Source: Eledone cirrhosa (taxonomy: Eukaryota). Taken from it: 64,000 bases of DNA. Positions 54,390-64,000 of this stretch are shown here, piece after piece. The notes below the pieces were generated by a model that saw only the letters and a list, made by a program, of their open reading frames with translations, made no database searches and had not been told where the DNA came from. Made by a program: the position numbers and the translations under genes. The stretch spans positions 157,356,001-157,420,000 of the forward strand of contig OZ024743.1 in assembly GCA_964016885.1 (NCBI GenBank). The letters run 5' to 3'. How positions within the stretch are numbered: the first letter of the stretch is position 1; each line of letters begins with the position of its first letter.

Positions 54390-55665
54390 ATGCAAATCCG
54401 GAAAATGGCACTGGAACAAGACAATACAACTTCAAACTCCAATATAAATGAGGAAATCCTGAAAATCCTAAAAGAGATAAACGGAAAACTCACCATTCTG
54501 ACAAAAAAACAGGATATACCCCAAACCACCACACCGACTGACAACCAAATTTATTTAAACGTTCAAAACGTATGCAACTCCATCGAAAAACTTATGAATA
54601 CCAACACAGAACAGACGACATTGCTCCATATCAAAAACCAAATGGGACACCTCTGGAAAAAACATCTAAAAACCAGAAAATTCACTTTCTGGAATATGAT
54701 AAAAAACCTCAACAAAGCTGGAATTTACCAAAAATGGATTAACTCAACACCGATAGTTTTACCACGTAAATTCCAAATAAAGCATATTACAAACGAACCT
54801 GAACCAGAAAGAAAACTCCGTGAACAAATGTCACTCAACAGGATAAACATGGAAATAGAACTCCTAAAATTAAGGGCCACCTCCAACGAGCAAGAGTATA
54901 AGGATACTGATAAAAATATGGAGGAAGAATGCACTAAAAAGGCCAAGGGAACAACCCTACAAAATGTAATAAAATCGTGGAAACAGGACTGCGAGAATGC
55001 AGAAATTATTTCCCTTAAACGGTGGGAAAAATCCGAAAACTGGTTCCTCAAATATGAAGAAGACTTTAAAAGGACGCACCAAACACACCTTTATAAAGCA
55101 TTTGAACATAACAAGAACTACAACAGACGCATTTACACCACCAAACCCAACACACACTAACCACAGGCACATCCCCCATCAACACAAACCAAATACGGCC
55201 AACTACACCAAAAGAAACACACCCAACCACCACAACACAGGTTTCCGAAGAAATGCCCCCTACATAAACCAAGGACGAAATAACATAGATCCAACTCACA
55301 ACACACACACCACATTCCTCAGAAGAAATCCACCTAGACCACTTGAAATCACAACAGAACTTACCCACAACCACACCAGACATCACCCTCAATCCAACAA
55401 AAGACAACCCCCCAACCTCAACACTCTGTACCACAGATATAACGCACCCAGACCACATGAACCAACAACAGAACCCTTGCTCATCAACAACCACAACACA
55501 TACTACCCCCACCATCACATTCACCCTCATGAAACAACAAGCTACAGACCCACACGCAACAGACCAACAAAATATAATCACACACAAAACTACATTCCTT
55601 TTTTAGGGAAAAGCCTGAAATACCAGGATACTCGATGGCCCCCCCTCAGGAGAATCCAAAAATAA
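54390..55665 (+). pseudogene. PLE ORF1 (helical/coiled-coil-like N-terminal half, basic low-complexity C-terminal half); one frameshift near 55080
   Basis: WNMIKN..NSTPIVLPRKFQIK..EIELLKLRATSNE is homologous to the hand translation of 50270-49900 (WNLLKN..NSTPIILPKKLQIK..RLRANSNE). Confidence 0.7.
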
Positions 55666-57320
55666 TCAACCTCTCAAAGACACCTCTAACCAACACACAA
55701 ATCAACATTTTAAGTAAGGGTCTGAAATTTACACCTACACCACGTAAACCAAACTTCCCCGAAATGAAGGATGACATCATGGAATACTGCCGAAAGCTGC
55801 GACTAACGGAATTCTTCCACAACGACACCAACACTGAAGACGAATCACTGGTTAGAAATAAAAGCAATTTCTGCCCACAAAAGGGAAGAAATAAAGCACT
55901 GGACACGTACTGCGAACACATCACCAACTTTCCCTATGAAAAAATTACAAATAAACACACGAAATCAAACCTATCTACACACGAATGGGAAGAATTATTC
56001 ACACTTAGAAACAACCCTGAGATAACTATCAAAGAAGCCGATAAAGGCAGTACTGTTGTCATTATGAATACGGACTACTATAGGACCCTCGCACTTAACA
56101 TTTTAGAAAACAACACATACTATGAAAAAACAGAAAACTACAAACACACCAAAACAATGGGAACCTTTTGACCTTACTGAATAAATACCGCAACAGCTTA
56201 ACCACAAAAGAGTTTAACTATATAAGCCACTTCAAACGCAATACAAGCTCTTTTTACGGCTTACCGAAACTCCACAAATGTAAACCCATAAACGATGCAT
56301 GTGACACCTCAACCAACAATTACATTGAACTAACACCACCAGAAGAACTACAACTCAGGCCCTACATGTGAAACCCACAGACTTAGCAACTTTCTGGACA
56401 TCCTACTGAAACCCTTTCTACAACATATACAGAGCTACATACGAGATGACCTTGACATGCTGAAACACCTCCCTAAAACAGTAAGTGCAAATACAATTCT
56501 TGTCTCCTTTGACGTAATAAACCTCTACACAAACATACCCCACAACTATGGAATAACAGCAGTCCAATACTGGCTTAACACACACCCATCAGAAATACCG
56601 ACACGCATCAACAAAGATTTTATCACTGACGAACTCCGCTTTATCCTACAAAATAACTACTTCACATTCAATGGTTCAACATACAGACAAGTATCAGGTA
56701 CGGCAATGGGCACGAAAGTAGCACCCACATATGCCAACCTAGTCATGGGATTCCATGAACAACAAATATACAGTCAGTCCCTTCTCTTATTTGGAGACTC
56801 TTTCCACACACACCTCAAAGCCAATTGGAAAAGATATCTAGACGACTGCTTTATCCTATGGCAAGAAGACATGAACTCACTTACTATGTTTAAAAACATG
56901 ATAAACAACATAGATAATAACATACAATTCACAATGGAATCCAATCCCAAGGAATTAGCCTTCTTGGATATTCTCATCTCTGTAATAGACGGGAAATTAG
57001 ATACAGATATATTCAATAAACCCACAGATTCCAAGCAATACGTCTTTTTCACATCAAGTCACCCAAAACATACAAAACTTAACATTCCTTACAATTTGGC
57101 CAAACGTATATGTACCATAGTATCAGATCCACCTAAACGGGAGCAAAGACTAAAGGAACTAAAAGACACCCTTATCTTAAGAGCCTTTCCACTTGAAATA
57201 ATCAACAATGGAATAGACAGGGCAAAACACCTAAATCCCCATCAACTTAACAATCCAAAACAGAAAACCACACTCAACACCCTGCCATATGTATCCACTT
57301 TCAACCCCAGAAATACCGAA
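55635..57320 (+). pseudogene. PLE reverse transcriptase ORF
   Basis: KIINLS, LSKGLKFTPTP, KEADKG, FYGLPKLHK, SFDVINLYTNIPH, GTAMGTKVAPTYANL, WKRYLDDC. Confidence 0.93.
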
Positions 57321-57539
57321 ATGGATCTTGTGTGTTTCAAGAATAGACTTCATTTTTACATCTTTAAGTAGGATGGGGAGGTTTTTGTGTAGGTGATCAA
57401 ACATGAAAATCAACTCCAACAACCTTCAGGAATTCATCCTGTGATTTGTTAATTGAAATTATAAAACTTAGTTTGATTGGAAACTAAAGCCTCTTAAATT
57501 CAACCTCACATACCCTAACGCAGATATATTGTCAGTCCC

Positions 57540-58083
57540 CATATATATGTACGTGTAGATGTGTTTGTGTATGTAATTAAATATCTACGTGAAGATGTTT
57601 GTGTATGTAATTTACTAAGGCCTAACATATGTAACGAACGTGTAAACACACACACACTCACAGACACATACACACTCGTATACAAGATGTGACGCCGTCG
57701 TCGTCACATACACTCTCACAGTCATCACATATGTATATGTATGTGTAGATGTGTGTGTTTAATTCCCTGTATATCTGATTAAATATTTACTTGAAAAGTA
57801 TGTGTATGTAACTTACTAATGCCCAACATATGTAACGAACGCGTAAACACACCTATACACAATCATATACAAAATGTGACGTCGTCCAAGTCGTGTTATA
57901 AAATGTCCGTATACTTATAGTCTATATAAGATGATTTCAGATAAAATGTTATATTGTTTTAATCCAAATGAAAATAAAAATGACATATTAATCCCGGGGT
58001 CTAATAATATTACCTTGTAAAATTTGATTTGATTTAGTCGAGCCGTTTGAGAATGCATAAGGAAAAGACAGACAGAGAGACAA

Positions 58084-58090
<7 letters not shown>
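57540..58090 (+). mobile_element. Possible Helentron-associated (HINE/DINE-like) non-autonomous element
   Basis: ~190-bp internal tandem duplication and a 3' aaaatttg..gagccgtttg..(GACA)n..TA-rich end; resemblance only. Confidence 0.35.
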
Positions 58091-58169
<79 letters not shown>

Positions 58170-59339
58170 TATGCGTGTGTGTGTGTGTTTGTGTGCGTGT
58201 GTTTGTGTGTATGTGTGCATGTGTCTATATGTGTGTGTGCGTGTGTTATGTATTTCCGTAGAAAAAGTAAAGGAAAGAAGAGTGCTCCATGTGTAGTACA
58301 GAGCTATTTAATTATCGAGCCCTCTTTGGATTTTAGTCTTCAAATTTATTATTACTATATATATATATATTAAAATAACAGGTTAAAGTTTAAGTAAAGT
58401 ATCGCTGCTTTTACCCTTAACGAGATCTTCTGAAACTAAAAAAAAAAAAACAATCTTTGAACGCGGAAGTAATTATTTCGGAAAATGTTGCAACCGAAGG
58501 AAAATAGGAAGACGATACTTTGGCTAATAAAGACGTTCCTTGGCATTGAACGAAAACAAAGCGAAGATAATACGTCGTTATGTGGAGCGTTGAGAAGAAA
58601 TACACGGAAAGACAAAACCACGTTCATGGTATAAATGGAGTCGTAGACTAACATTCTATTTAGAAAACTGAATGAATCTCGGCTTCGGTGTTAAGAATAA
58701 TGTAAATAAATTAGTAGAGCGAAAATGACAGAGGTTATTAAAATCATAAAAGTAATACTAATTAAATATATACATACACACATCTATATACGTACATACA
58801 CGTGCATATGCGAAAACACCTGCCATGCATGCATATACAAGCACGTACACATAAACACGCGCTCATGTGCATAAACCTGCACGACACATGTACCCGCACA
58901 CATACGAACGTATATACCAAATAGACATAAAAGAATATATAATTATATAAACGTATATAAATAACACACATAAATACGTACACACACGCAGGTAAATACA
59001 CCTATTTTCGCCAAACGTACGTATACCAAAACTCAATGTACACATATACATACCTTACATACGTGCAAACACGCATACACGCATACACACACAAACACAA
59101 AATACACATATATACATAACCATATACACATATATACCAGAATAATAATGTATACACCTATAACAAATACAAGCAAATATACGTACGAGAAAGTATACGT
59201 TCCCCCATAAAACATACGGGTAAGGTGTACTTACCTAAACAAATAGGTAATGGCATAAACATAAAATATACATAGATACCACATCAAGACGTAAATTATC
59301 CGTGTAATGTTCGTACTATCCGTTAGGGTATAATGTGGG

Positions 59340-60330
59340 GCTGCAATACAGAAACGTGATATGCAATTTGTGTTTACAAGCCGAAATTGCCTCATATTTT
59401 TGTTTAACATGTAATCATTGGCGTAGAGTATTTCCAGGGCTTCAGCGGCCCAAAGATCGCACGGTGTTTTATTTCCGTTATACGATCTAGCCTTTGCTAG
59501 GATCTCCCAGTGTAACTAATATTGGGTGTGGTTGTCTTTTAGAAACAAGACATAAGCTGAAAGTCAAGTCATATTCCTTTTTAAAGGGTTAAAAAAAAAA
59601 TGGGCGTGCATGTAAAACGCTGCTTGAATTTATTGGTGGTTAACCCTATGTAGGCCCTACTAAACATCGGTGTTTCGACCTTACATTTATAGACAATGTT
59701 ACTGGAGAGGCATTTCCCGGAGAGAGGGCAGTCAACCCGATTCCTACAATTACAGTTAGTACTAGCTACAGGGTTGCACGTGTTCCTACGGCTATGTAAT
59801 TTAGCTAAATTTGAAGCAGTGATCTTATGTGCAAAGTTAGGAGTCGTAGAGTAAGATATTTTAATGGTATTTCTATTAAAAATGCTATTATATGTATGGG
59901 CTGAGGGGAAATGATTCTTAATAAGGGAGAAAAAGAAGTAAAAGGTCGATAAAATCTGTAACCTCCACCAAATCGCTGGCGCCCATACTCTCGTCAAATG
60001 GGGTACTATTACGTTTTTTTATCCAAATAGAGTCGTCGAAATTAATCACCGACTTACGGGCATTGAAGATAACATCAACTTTGAAATCCTTAACCACCGT
60101 GAGCGTTTTAGCGAAATTGATAGCTCTAAGAAGAAGTGTTAAAGCGATGGAGGAGTAGTGGTTATTGATGTCGAATTGGATAAAACGGCAATGTTCCATG
60201 TTGCATATGCCACTGAACCAATCAATCACCGCGAAAGAATGATTCCACAGTGCAAGAGGGGCCTCTAATTTCAGGCATAATTCTATATAAAATCCTTTTA
60301 CTAAGTTTACCTTAATTAGACTTCCTAGGG
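59340..60330 (-). mobile_element. Internally deleted Naiad-like PLE
   Basis: FIQFDI..YSSI, MGASD, deletion, then IFNRNTIKISYS, CNCRNRVDCPLSGKCL, IVYKC..YIGLT and CKHK. Confidence 0.85.
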
Positions 60331-60351
60331 TTAATTAGCCGAATAGAAGGG

Positions 60352-60352
<1 letters not shown>

Positions 60353-60443
<91 letters not shown>
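60353..60443. repeat. (TTA)n microsatellite
   Basis: About 30 units directly 5' of the Tx1 element. Confidence 0.95.
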
Positions 60444-63400
60444 GGCGACCTACGTAGTAAATCGTATCATCGTGAGCTCCGCAAAGGTTTGTTATTTCCG
60501 TTTGTTAAAAATTGCCATTTATGGAAATTTGTTATTGTTAACTATATATAAGCGCACATACATTGTTTTCCGAAAAGAACACACAAAAAGATTGGGGCCT
60601 TGTGCCCAAAATTTAAACTTTTATGATTAAAAATTTCTTTTAAAAAAAATGGCTAATTCACCTCTGCACCACGCAGCTGAGAGCCTTCCTCACAAACTAA
60701 CACCTCACACCGACACCACCATTGTAAATGTTACTACGTTTGCCAACACTAAAAAAAATATAAGTAGTAGCAATATTTTAAATTTGTCTCAGGCAGACAT
60801 TCATTTGCCGCCTTTTCCAATGACTGCAGGTGTTAAAGCCGCCACCACCACCACCACCGCGACAACCCCCACCCCCCCACCACCACCACGACAACAGAAA
60901 CAAAAGAAAAAAATAAATCAACTCGTGATGTCGAAATGTTTCCAACCAAAATGGACTCTTCCACACCGAACACCACTGACGTCGCCGCCACCACAACTGA
61001 AACTAAAAATTAATAATAACAAAAATAACGATAACAACAACAACAACAATGACATTAAAAAAACCACCCTGAGTTTTGCCAGAGTAGCAAAACAGTGCGA
61101 AGCATTTACGGTAACGCAGGAGGAATTAGAAAATGCCCCAAAAATAGTAAAGGAAGATGGGTAATGGGTCAGCCTCCCCCCCCCCCCCCCCCACCTAAAT
61201 AAATGGAGCATCGGCGCCTATGCTTCGTGTCGTATCGAACAATTAATGTAAAATCGCGCCGAGTGGAACGGGCATCCGAGTCCCAAATCCAAAATGCTGT
61301 GGGACATGTGTGGGCAAGAAAAACCCACATCAGACGTGGGCAGAAGTATGGAACCGTAAACGTGTTCTTTGAAAGACCAGAGGAGGCTAGAGAAGACTCC
61401 GTGTCCCCATTAAGAGGTGACGACTTCACACTCGTCCCAAACTATTGTGGCCAGAGACTCGTAAAGATCAGGGTGACACACGTTCCACCGGCCATCGAAA
61501 TTCCCTGGCTAATAACGGCAGTCCTAGCACTGAAGCCAACACCAAGATAATAGCAATAGCAAAAGAAAAGCAGGAGAACTGGTCCGGATCTGCGATGGAG
61601 CCTCCGGATCCAAGCGGACCAAAAAGCATTGAGGTAATAGACCTCACTGACGGCAGCCACCTCACCGTAATTGTCGAGGGCAGAAGGCCTAGGTGTGTCG
61701 TTTCTGGTGAAGGAACACACCTAAGGGCTTTCTGCCCTCAGGCTAAAAGTTTGAGGCCACCTCTCCTACCCACCCCGGTTACTCAACCATCAACACCAAC
61801 AGTAGCAGAGATGGCAGCAACAACTGTAGCAGCAACAGCGGAAGCAACTATGACAGCAACAACCCCAGCAACAGTATCAAAACCAACACCACCACCACCC
61901 AACGCTTCAGAACTAGCACCAGCACCTACACCATCCACCACGCCACAACCAAAACTAATGCCTGTGGAGGATTTTCCGCTCCCCGACCTATCACAACTGG
62001 AGACAGATTGTGACGACGAGGAGTGGGAAACGGTATCAGGAAAAAAGAAAAAAAGAAACCAAAAAAGAAAAAATTCTCTTCCTTCCCCCTCCAAAAACAA
62101 AATACAGAGGGAAACAAATAAATTAAAAAACAAAAATGTTAGGACAGATATGCCACCATCCACACCAGCATCACCAACCTCATCACCCCAAACACCAAAA
62201 CCATCACCATCATTAACCCAAATACCACCATCACCTACACCACAAAAGTCACCAAAATGCGAAACAGAAACAAACCCACAACAAACGCAAACAAAACAAA
62301 ACAAACAAAACGATACACACTACACAGCATTAAATTTGAACAACAAGCAATTATTACACTACATCTAACACAACACCAGCATCACAGAAAAAGACTACAC
62401 AACAACCCAAAAATTCACACCACCTCCGCACATACAAATCACTCGCATCACACAGAAAACGTACATGACACTAAAACCAAAATTCCTCAAAAACATCGGA
62501 GACTTCCGACAAGCACTCTCCAGGAGGATTTATAAGTACATCCTTCCTGAGGAGGCCACAAGCAGTGAAAAGGATGGAAAAACCGTCCTTCCTCTCCGAG
62601 AAGTAAGGAAAGTGGTCTTTCCCATCTTTTCAACTCCATTTCAACATGAACTCCCCAGAATAGGCAGCATAAATGCGCGTGGCTTGGGGTCGTCATGGAA
62701 GCAGGGCCACCTGCTCAACGACCTCAGGTCACTAAACATAGATGTAGTGGCCATCAGCGATACCAGAATCCCCGAAGCACGGGCCTTCGCACCGATCTTC
62801 GGCGGCTACGATGTGTACGCATCTCCCAGCCGTCCTGGATCGGAGGGAGGAGTTGCTGTGCTTTTTCGGAGAGGTTTGGATCTCGCCATTCGGGCCATCT
62901 TCCTGGACCCAGAAGGTAAGTTGGTGGTGCTAGACGTGACCAGCGGAGACGGGCAAGCTTTCAGGCTAGTGGCCGTCTATGCCCCGACAGGAGCAGGGCG
63001 GACTGATTTCTTCCGGCGTCTGGAGACCTTTCTTGGAACGTCACGCTCTTTAGTGTTAGTGGGCGACTGGAACGGGATCTTAGATGCACGCTGGGACTGT
63101 GTGGGATTAGCGGATAGGGGTGGAGGGTGCAAGAGCCTCACCAACCTGCTCAGGCGTTTTGAACTGTCTGACATGTACCGATTGGATTTCCCGAATGTGC
63201 CAATGTGGACTTGGACAAATCGCATGGGGTCATCCAGATCATATCTAGATAGAATATTTTGTAGAGAAATAGATAGGTCTAGCATAGGCTGTCCACAATT
63301 TAAGAGAGTCAGCTACACGGACCACAAATTCGTGATCTGTCTACTTGACTTAGATAGGCTTCATAGACGAGGACCCGGCTACTGGAAGCTAAACGCGTCC

Positions 63401-64000
63401 TTACCAGCGCGCAAGGCCTACAGAGACCGGATTAGCGAACTAGCTAAGTGGGCGTTGACGGGGGGGCCATCATCAACAACAAATGGTGGTTTGCTCTGAA
63501 AGGAGCGATTAGAATAGAGTCCATTAGATTTAGTAAGGCTTTAGCAATAGAGAAAAATAGAGCAGAGGGAGAACTAGTTAAAAAATTATACGAGGTGCTT
63601 AGCAAAGACATCGCCACCGACGTAATTGCGGTGAAATTGACCCTTGACCAATTCTTCAATGCAAAGCACGAAGGCTGCGTTGTCAGAGCTAGGGTGCGTG
63701 CCTCAGACACGAGGGGACGAAAGCCGTTCAATGGGCCCGCGTGGCGGAGGCGCGTCGGGGCAACAAAGCCACGAACCGGTCTTTGGTGCACCACAACGGG
63801 CGCATGCTACTCGATCCCGGGCAAATGTGTGGAGCTTTTCAGCGACACTTCGCTCAGTTGTTCGGGGGCAGCAGCGGGCGGGATCGAGGGATGGACTTTA
63901 GAGTCTACCTCGACGGACTGCCGCGGCTCTCGGCCACTGAGGCGGAGTGTTGCGAAAAGCCGATAACAGCCGCTGAAGTACGGGAGGCAATGACTAGTTG
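60444..64000 (+). mobile_element. Second L1/Tx1-clade LINE (5' part; runs off the window)
   Basis: Fragmented ORF1 60649-~62600 (VEGRRPRC..HLRAFCP); ORF2 from ~62646 with INARGLGSSWKQ, LVGDWN, SYLDRI, YTDHK and GPGYWKLN, closely similar to 2200-3550; frameshifts after 63460. Confidence 0.92.

Overview
AT-rich, microsatellite-dense eukaryotic non-genic DNA, most likely a cephalopod (octopus-like). That assignment is an inference from composition and repeat content. I recognise no host gene; almost every explainable sequence is a decayed mobile element. Contents: (1) two L1/Tx1-clade LINEs (29-5850; 60444 to window end) and a 3' stub of a third (47368-47800), all abutting simple repeats; (2) at least seven Penelope-like elements (PLEs; Naiad-like and Neptune-like, RT plus GIY-YIG) with inverted pseudo-LTRs; (3) a Buster/SPIN-like hAT, a Helitron-type N-terminal fragment, and R4/Dong and RTE 3' stubs; (4) several tRNA-derived SINEs, four with target-site duplications. 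Most ORFs in the supplied track are microsatellite read-throughs. Hand reading also shows about 20 full, variant or half type I hammerhead ribozyme motifs, including a recurring U3-A8 covariant core and a CUU-site family. It also shows a circularly permuted ~480-nt non-coding ribozyme unit (retrozyme-like), a conserved in-frame U_UUU_UUA heptamer that could fuse an upstream ORF1 to the RT ORF in two Neptune-like PLE families, three diverged copies of an unexplained structured motif, and many fold-back palindromes. All structures were folded by eye and boundaries are approximate.
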